From Leucoraja erinacea (Eukaryota), in contig NC_073388.1 of NCBI RefSeq assembly GCF_028641065.1, positions 46,624,001-46,688,000 on the forward strand: DNA of 64,000 nucleotides, written 5' to 3'. A program made the translations under genes and the position numbers. The notes beneath the pieces are model-generated. The model was not told where the DNA came from and ran no database searches. It worked only from the letters and a program-made list of their open reading frames with translations. The number at the start of each line of letters is the position of its first letter. The first letter of the stretch is position 1. Below are positions 12,801 to 24,632 of the stretch, piece after piece.

Positions 12801-13978
12801 GTAACAACCTGCTTTTGTTGCCCCCATGCTGCAGTCTTCCCCTGCAACAACATCTTCAGCATGTGTGGGTGGCACCCCTTATTTTCATTGTGCTCGGGTC
12901 CCATCCAGCACACTCGAGCGGAAACCTGAAGTATCATATTTTTCGGCTATAATATTTTACACATTTAACTACACCGGTTCATAAACAACTGCTTCATAAC
13001 CAACAGACTTGAATTGTCTACTTTATTTAATTACAGCAAATTGTTTATCTCACGACACTTTTAAACTCGAAAAATAGAACTATACAAGTTAAAAAATTAA
13101 ACTCAAAGTATAAATATTCGCACATAAAATTGCTCCTCCAACATTAATTATCCTCGTCTTTAATTTTGAGGGGGAAAATTCAAACGCCATTCTTCAGCAG
13201 GTGCCGCTATCTGGGTATTTTATTTGGGTGCGACAATTACAGCTAATTGGTCTGTTTCCCTTCCCACTTAGTCGTGGTTGATCGTTGCAAGCGCCAATAA
13301 AGCGGCGACCTCCCACCATCATTTCAAAGATGTAACCTTTAGCTTCCTGCATGACGTAAATCCACTTCGAAAAAATGTTGCACCTCCTACTGTAAGCAGC
13401 GCATGCAGCGACCCGTGTACTTGTTCATATCGTTTTTCCTTTATTAAAACGGAATTGGCAATACCCTTCTTAATTTCCACGTGGTACCATCAAAATAGAC
13501 GCGGGGGCGCTAGGATGAACCCTAACCATAGCGACTGTTAAAAGTGTAATTTTATTTTCTCATTAGCTGGTTATAAGTGCATGCTTTTCTGATTGTTTTA
13601 AATACAGCGGGGAGGCATCAACACATGCGGCAATACTATTCAAAAAAGCAATTGATACAACTGCCAACAGTTTGTGCCTTGTCAGAGGTCATTGGGATAT
13701 TGAATTTCTCGACAGAATTGGTTGCAAGTGAATTTTCCAACCCAGATCACCAGTGAGTGAGACTGTACATGCTGGAATCTTGACCCAAAGGGTCCCGAAC
13801 CGAAGCATCGGCTGGCCAATTTGAAGAAACATAGAAGCATAGAAAAATGGGTGCGGGAGTAGGCCATTCGGCCCTTTGAGCCAGCACCACCATTCAATAT
13901 GATCATCTAAAATCAGTACCCTGTTCCTGCTTTTTCCCCATATCCCTTGATTCCTTTAGCCCTAAAAGCTAAATCTAC

Positions 13979-14214
13979 TGCCCCTGTCCCACTTAGGAAA
14001 CCTGAACGGAAACCTCTGGAGACTTTGCGCCCCACCCACGGTTTCCCTGCGGTTCCCAGAGGTTGCAGGTGGTTGCCGGAGGTTGCAGGTAGTGGAAGCA
14101 GGTAGGGAGACTGACAAAACCCTCTGGGAGCCTCCGGGAACCGCACGGAAACCTTGGGTGCGGCGCAAAGTCTCCAGAGGTTTCCGTTCAGGTTTCCTAA
14201 GTGGGACAGTGGCA
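13979..14214. mobile_element. MITE with ~85-bp TIRs inserted in a CR1 3' fragment
   Basis: TGCCCCTGTCCCACTTAGGAAACCTGAACGG... / ...CCGTTCAGGTTTCCTAAGTGGGACAGTGGCA; shares CTGTCCCACT terminus with the 8094 MITE. Confidence 0.75.
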
Positions 14215-15159
14215 AAAAAACTCTCTCTTGAAAAGAAGGGATCCCGACACGAAAAGTCACCGATCCATGTTCTCCAGAGGTGCTGCCAGACCTGCTGAGT
14301 TGCTCCGTCGCTTTGTGTCTTTTCTACCCCAAACCGAAAGATCATCTTTCAATGGTCGATTCTGCGTGTTTCACTGCACAGATGCTACCTGGCGTTCTAT
14401 CTGGGTTGAATCTAGGACCAGAGGTCATAGCCTCAGAATTACATGACGTTCCCCTAGGAAGGAGATGAGGAATTTCTTTAGTCAGAGGGTGGTGAATCTG
14501 TGGAATTCATTGTGGAGGCCAAGTCAATTATATTTTTAAGGCAGAAAGAGATTCTTGATTAGTAAGGGTCTCAGGGGTTATGGGGAGAAGGAAGGAAAAT
14601 GGGGTTGAGAGGGAAAGGTAGATCAGCCATGATTGAATGAAGGGGTAGACTCGATGGCCCGAATGGCCTAATTCTGCTCCTATCACATGAATTTTGTTCT
14701 AGCAGTCTGTTAGTGAGTTGGAACCTCAGCTTGCTGTTCCTGTAGCTCAGGGTGCTCATGCGTCCATCCCCCAATGGCCAAGTTGAATGAGGACAATGAT
14801 ACACTGTAAGGTTGATTTGCTTGTGCAGTGAGTCCTGGTAATAACACACCCTGATTAGATTTATTGTGTATTATGACTAAAATATAGTTTTGGGGGGTGG
14901 GGTAAGAGGAGAGGGAAAAATAATAAATACCATCTATGATAATCAAATTGTCATAAAACATTTTTTTTAAAGTAAAAATTGAGAATTCATTGTTCTTACC
15001 ATTGGGTTGTAAACTGCCAAAGGGGAATATGAGGTGCTGTTTCTCCTGTTTGTGTGTGGCCTCACTCTGGCAATGGTGGGGGCCCAGGACAGAAAGGTCA
15101 GTGTGGGAATGGGAAGGGGAGCCAGTTCCCAGTCAGAGCAGCTTAAAGAAGATGGAAGG

Positions 15160-17045
15160 CAGACACAAAATCCTGGAGTAACTCAGCGGAACAGGCAGCA
15201 TCTCTGGAGAGAAGGAATGGGTGACGTTTCGAGTCGAGACCCTTCTTCAAACTGATGCCAGGGCACTGGGCGGAATAAAGATAGAATGTAATCGGAGACA
15301 GTAAGACTGGTGGGAGAACTGGGAAGGAGGAGGAGGTAGAGAAGGAAAGCAAGGGCTATTTGAATAGAGAAGTCAATGTTCATACCTTTAAGGTGTAAGC
15401 TACCCAAGCAAAATATGAGGTGCTGTTCCTCCAATTTGCGTTGGGCCTTACTCTGACAATGGAGGAGGCCCAGGTCAGATTGGGAATGGGAGGGGGAGTT
15501 GAAGTGCTGAGCAACCGGGAGATCAGGTAGGTTAAGGCGGACTGAGCAGAGGTGTTCAGCGAAACGATTGACGAGCCTGCGCTTGGTCTCACCGATGTAC
15601 AGAAGTTGACACCTGGAACAGCGGATACAGTAGATGAGGTTGGAGGAGATGCAAGTGAACCTCTGCCTCACCTGGAAAGACTGTTTGGGTCCTTGTATGG
15701 AGTCAGGTAAAAGGACAGGTGTTGCATCTCCTGCAGTTGCAGGGGAAAGTACCTGGGGAGGGGATGGTTTGGGTGGGAAGGGACGAGTTAACTAGCGAGT
15801 TGCTGAGGGAGCAGTCTCTGCAGAAACGAGAAAGGGGTGGAGATGGGAAGATGTGGCCAGTAGTGGGATCACGATGGAGGCAGCGAATGTGTTGGAGGAT
15901 TATATGTTGTATGCGATGGCTGATGGGGTGGAAGGTGAGGACAAGGGGGACTCTGTCCTTGTTGCAAATAGGGGGAGGGGGAGCAAGAGCAAAGCTGCGG
16001 GATATCGAGGAGACCCTAGTGAGAGCCTCATCTATAACGGGGAACCCCCGTTTCCTAAAGAATGAGGACATCTCCGATGCTCTGGTATGGAAAAACCTCA
16101 TCCTGGGCGCATATGCGGCGTAGACGGAGGAATTGGGAGTAGGGGATAGAGTCCTTACAGGAAGCAGGGTGGGAAGAAGTGTAGTCTAGATAGCTATGTG
16201 AGTCAGGAGGTTTGTAGTAGATGTCGATCAATAATCTGTCTCCTGTGATGGAGACGGTGAGATCTGGAAACGGTAGGGAGATGTCGGAGATGGTCCAAGT
16301 GAATTTGAGTGCAGGATAAAGATTGATGGTGAAGTTGATGAAGTCAGAGATTTCTGCATGGGTGCAGGAGGTAGCACCGATGCATTCATCAATGTAGCAG
16401 TGGTAGAGTTTGGGGATAGGGTCAGTGTACACCTGGACGTACCCTACAAAGATGCAGGCATAGCTCGGACCCATGCGAGTGCCCATAGCTATGCCTTGGA
16501 TTTGGAGGAAGTGGGAGGAGTCATATGAGAAGTTTTGAAGGTAAGGACCAGCTCTGCTAGGTGGAGGAGAGTGTTAGTACAGGTAGATGGAAATTGGCTG
16601 GTTCTGAGGTCGAGGAAGAAACGGAGGGCTTTAAAACTTTCCTGGTGGGGGATGGAGGTGTAGAATGACTGGACATCCATAGTAAAGATGAGGGAGTGGG
16701 GTCCTGGAAAACGGAAGTCATTGAAGAGATGAAGAGCGTGTGAGGCGTCTTGGACACAGTTAGGGAGGGATTGGACAATAGAGGATAGGATGGAGTCGAG
16801 GTGTGTGGAAATTAATTTAGTGGGACATGAACAAGCAGAAGCAATGGGTCTGCCAAGACAGATCTGTTTGTGGACTTTGGGGGAGAAGGTAAAATGTGGC
16901 CGTGCAGGGCTGGGGAACGATAGGGTTGTTGGCTTTAGATGGCAGAGAACTGGAAGTGATGAAATCAGTAATAGTGTTTGAGACTAAGGCCTGGTGCTCA
17001 TCTGTGGGGTCATGGTCCAAAGATAAGTAGGAGGAGGTGTCTGAT
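15160..17045 (-). mobile_element. Degenerate Penelope-like retroelement, RT plus GIY-YIG endonuclease and pLTR
   Basis: ORFs 16055-16486 (MGTRMGPSYA...YIDECIGA) and 15183-15671 (NLIYCIRCSRCQLLYIGETKRRL...RFAEH...VAQHFN); frameshifted. Confidence 0.9.
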
Positions 17046-17629
17046 GTTAACTAAAGCCCCACAGCACTTAAATGAATGGCATCAAAAGTGTATGTACGAC
17101 AGATAAAAAAACAATTATTACAAGTGGAGCAACAAAGGAAACTAGTCCTGCCATTCATAGGAATGAACCTTTATACCTATGTTGGACTTCTGATATTAGT
17201 ATTAAGGGAGCTTATTTGTATGTCAAGGTGTCTGTAGGTTGTGTGATTGGGAGATGGGCTGTATAGGGTGACAACTGGCAGTGTGCTGCCTCCTTGCTCC
17301 AGCAGCTAGGTTTTACCCTGACCTCAGGTGCTGTCTGTGTGGAGTTTGCACTCTCCGTGCAACCGCGTCGGTTTCCTCCAGTTTGATCTAATTTCCTCCT
17401 TCATCTCAAAGATGTGCATGTCGGTAGGTTAATTGGCCACTGTAAATCTCCCCTAGTATGTAGATCAATGGCCGAAACCTTGGCGAGGAGAGGAGAGGAG
17501 ATAGTTGAATGGAATGTGGAGAGAATAACATAGGTTCAGAAGGATGAGAGTAAACATGACTATGTTTCAGTGGGTCAAAGGGCCTTTTCCACCCTGTCAC
17601 CTTCTATGACCTAGTTAGCCTATAAGAGA

Positions 17630-18260
17630 GTCAAGAGTGTTTTATTGTGTCCCAGACGGGACAATGAAATTCTTACTTGTCAAGTCAAGTCAAGTTTTAT
17701 TCACATCAATTGCAAGTGAAATGAATTTGCCAGCAGCAGTACAATAAAAAAAGAACACACAATACACAATAAAAATTTATACAAACATTCACCACAGCAT
17801 TCAACACTAGGCACAACAGGCACAAAAATTGGCCAGTCCTCTTCCATTTTCCCCCGTGGTCGGGACCTCAACCCTGCTGCAGTACAACAGAATATGTGAA
17901 TATGGTAAACATTGTATATAATGCGGGGGGGGGAGGAAGAAAATGTTCAATAAATAACAAATATAGGACAAATAACATTTAATAATAGTCTTTTGCAGTT
18001 CAGAGCTCAGAGCTTATTCATTGTGTTTAATAATAGCCTGATGGCTGTGTGGAAGAAGCTGTTCGTGAACCTGGATCTTACAGTTTTCAGGCTCCTGCAC
18101 CTTCTTCTCGATGTCAATGGTGAGATGAGTGGGATGGTGTGGGTCTTTGATGATTTTGGCTGTCTTTTTGAGGGAGCGACCACGATAGATCCCTTCGACA
18201 GTGGGGAGGTCACAGCCGGTGATGGACTGGGCAGTGGTCACAACTTTTTGTAGCATTTTT
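17630..18260 (-). mobile_element. Rex1/Babar-like LINE 3' fragment
   Basis: LQKVVTTAQSITGCDLPTVEGIY...IIKDPHHP...RFTNSFFHTAIRLL. Confidence 0.75.
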
Positions 18261-18324
18261 TAGTATGGATGTATGGTAATTCACGTATCACTATCTTAAT
18301 TGGTACACGTGACAATAAAATACC

Positions 18325-18958
18325 TTTGAAAGGTCTGATGAAAGATTGAGCAGGGAGGTTCTACTGCAGTTGTACAGGGTCTTGGTGAGACCACACCTGG
18401 AGTATTGTGTATAGTTTTGGTCTCCTAATCTGAGTGAACCTGGTGAACCTTCTCTATGGCACATTCGTGCCATAGAGAAGGTTCACCAGACTGATTCCTG
18501 GGATGTCAGGACTTTCATATGAAGAAAGACTGGATAGACTCGGCTTGTACTCGCTAGAATTTAGAAGATTGAGGGGGGATCTTATAGAAACATACTTAAG
18601 GGGTTGGACAGGCTAGATGCAGGAAGATTATTCCTGATGTTGGGGAAGTCCAGAACAAGGGGTCACAGTTTAAGGAAAAGGGGGGAGTCTTTTAGGACAG
18701 AGATGAGAAAATTATTTTTTCTCTTGTGAATCTGTGGAATTCTCTGCCACAGAAGGTAGTTGAGGCCACAGTTCATTGGCTATATTTAAGGGGGAGTTAG
18801 ATGTGGCCCTTGTGGGTAAGGGGATCAGAGGGTATGGCGAGAAGGCAGGTACGGGATACTGAGTTGGATGATCAGCCATGATCATATTGAATGGCGGTGC
18901 AGGCTCAAAGGGCCGAATGGCCTACTCCTGCACCTATTTTCTATGTTTCTAAGTTTCT
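18325..18958 (+). mobile_element. CR1 (HER1-type) LINE 3' fragment
   Basis: LVRPHLEYCV...[24 protein letters not shown]; (TTTCTATG) tail. Confidence 0.85.
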
Positions 18959-20032
18959 ATGAAACATTTTAAATACTTGGAATTTCCTGAGAATATATTT
19001 TATGCAAACTGGTTTCACTTGGTCTTTCTTAAAAACGGAATGAAAAGTGTGAGAATTGACGTACCAACTAGACTACACCCGATTATATCACTTCCCATTC
19101 AAGAAGATAGTGGTGTGGGAGGGAAATTCTCTCCCTTCCTAGGCAGTAATCAATTCACTTAAATTATAATTGAAAAAAGTGGGAACAGGGGCATTGTTAC
19201 ACATTTGGGGGCAATCATTTAAAACCCAGGAGTATAGGAATTTCTTCTCGCAGGAGATGTTGAACCTGTTTGTACCCTGGGAAAAAAGCTCCAGTCTTGC
19301 ATCGTCTAGAGTGATAGAGCACAAAAACAGGCCATGTGGAAAGGAACTGCAGATGCTGGTTTATAGCGAAGATAAGACACAAAGTGCTGGAATAATAGGC
19401 AGCAGTCAGGCAGCATCTCTGGAGAAAAAGGATGGTTGATGTTACTGGTCGCGACCCTTCTTCAGACGCGAAACAGGCTCTTCGGTCCAACTTGCTGTGC
19501 CAACCAAATTGCCCACTGAACCCAGTCCGCTTTGCCTACATTTGGCCCATATCACATTGATCGGTGGAGGTATCTAAAGAGGAGGTTTTTGAAAGACCAG
19601 GAAATGGAGGACTAAGTGGAACTGTGCAGAAGAGATGAGACTCAGACAGATGAGATCCAATAGTCTGTGGAATTCTTTGCCTCAGAGGGCGGTGGAGGCC
19701 TGTTCTCTGGATGCTTTCTAGAGAGAGCTAGGTAAGGCTCTTAAAAATAGCGGAGTCAGGGGATATGGGGAGAAGGCAGGAACGGGGTACTGATTGGGGA
19801 TGATCAGCCATGATCATATTGAATGGCGGTGCTGGCTCGAAGAGCCGAATGGCCTACTCCTGCACCTATTGTCTATTGTCTATTGAGAAATGATCATGTT
19901 GATTGGGAAAGTAGGTTTGAGGTCTAGCTCATTCCTTGTTTTCCTGTTCATCAATCCTAAACATTCCAAGTACCTATAGCCGGGGAACAGGTGAATTGAG
20001 TCTTTGTTTTATATGTCACAATAATCATTGGA

Positions 20033-20094
20033 GTGTGTGTGTGTGTGTACGTGTGTGTGTCTGTATGTGTGTGCGCGTGCGTATGTGTGTGTGT
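20033..20094. repeat. Imperfect (TG)n microsatellite
   Basis: Direct observation. Confidence 0.9.
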
Positions 20095-20779
20095 AGGCAC
20101 TTGGGAATATTGTGCAAGGTGCAGTTCAACTTGTGAAAATCTATAAATAGCAGTGTGGGGAAAGTGAGTTAACGACTGCAAATGCTGGAAACACACGGGT
20201 CAGGCAGCATCTGTGGAAGGAGGAAGAGAGTCCACGCGAAGATAGACACAAAAAGCTGGAGTAACTCAGCGGGACAGGCAGCATATATGGAGAGAAGGAA
20301 TGGGCGACCGTTTCGGGTCGAGACCCTTGTTCTGACTTCTTCAGGGTGATGTTTTGGGTTGAAACGTTACCTATCGATGTTCGCCTGATCTGCTCAGTCA
20401 CTCCAGCACTTGGTGTCCTTTTCTGTACCAACAAGCATCTGCAGTTCCTTGTTTCTATCAAATGGCACATTTGACTTGTTCACAGTCATCTAATCATTAT
20501 AAAGCATCGTTCTTAACTTTAAAGTTTTGTGCTTATTGAAGACCCAGGTAACTGCTGGTTAACGGAAAGGAAATTTGACCCGGGCAACACAAAACTATGG
20601 GGACATAATTACCCATTCATTCAAATCACAGCCTTCTTTCAGTGCACTTCAGGATTAATTTATTCAGAGCATTTCCTCTTCTCTCCCAACCGACGTGTCC
20701 ATTATATCCCTGGCATATCTCCAGAGATGCTGCCTGACCTTCCGAGTTACTCCAGCACTTTCTGCGGCATTTTTATTTG

Positions 20780-21279
20780 AGACGGGTCATTGTTGATGGT
20801 GACGCGGAGATTTATTTTAAAGTCGTTTCCTGGACACGGCTCTGAATGAAATCTCAATTCTGCTTTAGCAAGCTGTGTGAATAAGCGCACTCGTGACCGA
20901 GTTCCCATTTGAAAGAGTCACGGGTATTTTGATCGCAGGGAGGGGGAGTTTGAAGTTTGTTTTGGGTGGTTTCGCTTGACGGCAAGACCAAGACTAACCA
21001 GCGAGCGGCGGCGGCGACGGGACGTCCCGTTTGGGAATAGAAGGAGCAGCGAGCACTCCCTCCACAGACGCTGCCTGGCCCGCTGAGTTTCCCCAGCATT
21101 TAGCGGTGCCCACGCCTGGCTGCCTGGCTGCCCTTTATTCGGCAGGCGTGCAGGAAATTCCCCGGGGGCGTGTGGCGCAGTCTGGGCGCAACGAGGAGGT
21201 TGGGCCAGTCTGATTTATCAACCAGATCTCAAAGGGACTTTAGACTTTTCCCCGAGCTGGGCAGGAGCGGGGCAGCAGC
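20780..21279 (+). promoter_or_regulatory. CpG-rich SOWAHD promoter/5' UTR with a consensus NF-kB site (GGAAATTCCC, 21153-21162)
   Basis: CpG enrichment upstream of ATG 21280; motif is reverse complement of GGGAATTTCC. Confidence 0.5.
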
Positions 21280-23082
21280 ATGTTTGAGAAGATCGCCGAG
21301 GCGGCGAGTCGTAGCCGCTTCCTGGTCGCCAGCAGTCCGGTCGCCACCGTGGGCCCGGGGCGAGATACGCCCAAGTTCTCGAGAGTCCCAGAGGGCGATA
21401 CGCTGAAGGTCCTGGTGGGGGGGACAGACACGACCACGGGTATGGGCGCAGATACGACGAAGGTCCAGAGGGCAGATACGCCGACCGTGCCGGGGAAGAT
21501 ACGCCGAGAATCCTGAGCGAAGTTACGCCGGTGCCGGGCACGGATACGCCGAAGGTTGCGGGGCCAGATGCGCCGAGAGTCGTGGAGGGAGACACGGCGA
21601 GAGCCCTGAGCGCAGTTGCGCCGAAGGTCCTGTGGACAGATACGCCGATGGCAGCGGCTTGCGACGGGCCGTTGTGGCCGAGCAGCGGCAACAGCAGCAA
21701 CAACAGCAACAGCAACAGCAGCAACAGTAACAGCGGCAGCAGCAGCAGCAGCGGCCGCCGCCGCCAGCCCCCGAGCTACGGGCAGGTGCTGGACGGCATG
21801 AACCGCCTGTCACACCTGCTGGGCCGCTTCCTGCAGGCGACCGACACCAGGACGCTGCGCCAGGCCGAGGGGAGACGGGGGCCGGCGGCTCGCCCGAGTT
21901 TGCGGCTGGAGAGGCGAGACTCGGGCGCATGTACCGCGGCGAGGGCTCGGGGCAGGAGGACACTCGGGCCGGGCGAGAGGGAAGGGGAGGGGTTGGAGAG
22001 GGAGGGGGTGGGGGAGAGGGAGAGGGAGAGCGGGGGAGTAGGGGATGAGAAGAGGGAGAGAGTCGGCGAGGGAGTAGGAGATGGGGAGAGAGTAGGAGAG
22101 AAGGTGGGTGTGGGGGAGAGGGAGAGAGTAGTGGCGAGGGTGAGTGAGGGAGTAGGGGAGGAGAGGGAGAGAGTGGATGAGGGAGTAGGAGAGGGGGAGA
22201 GGGTGGGTGTGGGGGAGAGGGTGGGGGAGAGGGAGAGGGTGGGAGTAGTGGCGAGGGTGGTGAGGGAGTAGGGGGAGGAGGAGAGGAGAGAGTGGGATGA
22301 GGGATTAGGAGAGGGGGGAGAGGGTGGGTGTGGGGGGAGAGGGTGGGCGGTGGAGATGGAGAGGAGGTGGACGAGGGGGGGCAGGGGAGGGGGAGGAGGT
22401 GGGCGAGAGGGAGAGGGTGGGCGAAGGGGCAGGGGAGGGGGAGGGGGAGAGGGTGGGTGAGGGTGTAGGGGAGAGGGAGAGGGAGAGGGTGGGTGAGGGT
22501 GTAGAGGAGAGGGGACGAGAGGTCGAGGGTTTGGCAGAACACGAGTGGGGACTGGCAGCGGCGGGGGGCGAGGTGGATCGGATGGCCACGCTGCTGGAGC
22601 GGGATCCCGGGCTGTTGAACCGGCGGGACCCGGTGAGCGGACTGACAGCGACTCACTGGCTGGCGAAGCGGGGCGATGTGGAGGCGCTGCTGGAGCTGCG
22701 GCGCCTGGCGGGGAGAGCCGGCTTGAGGCTGGACGTGGACTTGCGGGCGGGCGGAGCGGGTTACACGCCCCTACACCTGGCCGCCATGCAGGGCCACCAC
22801 ATGGTGATCAAGCTGCTGGTCGGCGCCTACAACGCCAACGTGGACGCCCGGGACTACGCCGGCAGGAAAGCCTGGCAGTACCTGGGCAGCGGGACTCCGG
22901 GGAAACTGCGGGACCTGGCGGGGGCTCAGGAAGAGGAGCGCCCGCCCCGGACTGGAGCCCAGCGGGCGGAGCAAGCCCACGGGCCGCAGAAAAAAACCCA
23001 GTCCTTTGCAATCGTCTCTATGCAGAACTTCTTCCAACTCAAATACTGGCGCCAGTGGAGGTCCCAGCGCAGCGCAGACTGA
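21280..23082 (+). CDS. SOWAHD: Sosondowah ankyrin repeat protein D (single exon); frame interrupted at ~21492-21495 and ~22260-22380, probably by assembly indels
   Basis: C-terminal ORF 22324-23082 has SOWAH-type ankyrin region (EHEWGLAAAGG...DPVSGLTATHWLAKRG...GYTPLHLAAMQGHHMVIKLLVGAYNANVDARDYAGRKAWQYL); ORFs 21280 and 21531 join if one G is added; syntenic position. Confidence 0.85.
21970..22525 (+). repeat. Purine-rich minisatellite inside SOWAHD encoding GERERVGEGV-like repeats
   Basis: Direct observation; almost no C on the + strand. Confidence 0.85.
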
Positions 23083-23907
23083 GAGCCAGCGGCGGCTGCA
23101 AACACACAAACACTGGCATTGCTATAGCGCCAGACACGTCCCTGGTTATGGGACGCACACTTTGGCACCTGTTGTGTCGTGTTGTAGTGGAGGCCCCGGG
23201 GCAGCCAATGTACTACCAGCAAGACCCCACAAACAACGTGTGTAGTGGGAAGGAACTGCCGATGCCATTTGCACTGAAGATAGACAAAAAATGTCAGATT
23301 TGTTGAGACCGTTCCTCTCTCCAGTGATGCTGCCTGACCGCCTGCCCGGCTGCCCCGCTGAGTTGCTCCACTATTCTGTCTACCCATAAACAACACGAAC
23401 ATTTTCGTTTGATGCTGACACTTAACGTTGTTTATTCTTCTAAATTGTGGGCAAAAGCGCTCAACGTTTTGTTTTTCTCTCGAGAGTTTGGTGTTTGTTT
23501 ACAAATTCCAATTGTAATTCTAGTTTCTATTTACCAATTGGTAAATGTATTGATAGGAGCTTTTTTTAAACTCTAAGAATCTTTGCACAATGAGATGCCA
23601 CGTCCATTATTGACGTCTCTACATTTTCCATTAATAATTTTGGGAATCGCACCTTCGTTTTTTAATGTGAAATTGATCATTGGTGAATGTGTAACAAATC
23701 ACTGAACAAGTCAGGGCGATTATTTCGCCTTGTCTTTATTATCTGTTTTGGTTTTTAAATCTGTTTAAATTTCACTTTTATACCATAAATCTGTACACTG
23801 CATTTTTTTTCCCAAGTGGGATATTACTGTGTAAAAACCACCCGGGTCGTTAATCTTGTTTTGGGGATTAAATTGTAATTACAAAGATCATCATTAACAA
23901 TAGTGAT

Positions 23908-23913
23908 AATAAA
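23908..23913 (+). other. Probable SOWAHD polyadenylation signal
   Basis: AATAAA at the end of an AT-rich 3' UTR-like stretch. Confidence 0.45.
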
Positions 23914-24114
23914 AATAACTGTAAAGTTAGAGATTTTTTGTGAAATGATTTATTTAAGGCAGGTTGCAAACTGAGTGCTTGTCAACTCACTGGTTCGGGC
24001 AGCATCTCTGGGGAACATGGATTGGTGACGTTTTGGGTCGGGACCTTTCTTCAGATCTTTCTGCAAACTTGAATGTGTGTTAGTGGGGTCATTCATAACA
24101 TAGATCTCGCGGGG

Positions 24115-24632
24115 CAATGTAGAAAGACATTCTTGCCATAGAGGGAGTACAGAGAAGGTTCACCAGACTGATTCCTGGGATGGCAGGACTTTCATATGAA
24201 GAAAGACTGGATAGACTCGGCTTGTACACACTAGAATTCAGAAGATTGAGGGGGGATCTTATAGAAACTCACAAAATTCTTAAGGGGTTGGACAGGCTAC
24301 ATGCAGGAAGATTATACCCGATGTTGGAGAAGTCCAGAACAAGGGGTCATAGTTTAAGGATAAGAGGGAGGTCTTTTAGGACCGAGATGAGAAAATCATT
24401 TTTTACACAGAGAGTGGTGAATCTGTGGAATTTTCTGCCACATAAGGTAGTTGAGGGCAGTTCATGGGCTATATTTAAGAGGGAGTTAGATGTGGCCCTT
24501 GTGGCTAAAGGGATCAGGAGGTATGGAGAGAAGGCAGGGATGGGATACTGAGTTGGATGATCATATTGAATGGCGGTGCAGGCTTGAAGGGCCGAATGGC
24601 CTACTCCTGCACCTATTTTCTATGTTTCTATG
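24115..24632 (+). mobile_element. CR1 LINE 3' fragment
   Basis: ORF 24180-24551 CR1 RT C-terminus; (TTTCTATG) tail. Confidence 0.88.

Noticed and set aside
21480-21530. Programmed -1 frameshift in SOWAHD
   Set aside because: No X XXY YYZ slippery site; a homopolymer indel is simpler
21355-21650. CRISPR-like regularly spaced repeats
   Set aside because: Degenerate coding tandem repeat in a eukaryotic gene; no unique spacers or cas genes
21523-22656. 377-aa Pro/Ser-rich minus-strand ORF and other overlapping ORFs
   Set aside because: Antisense shadow of the purine repeat and GC-rich SOWAHD CDS; low complexity
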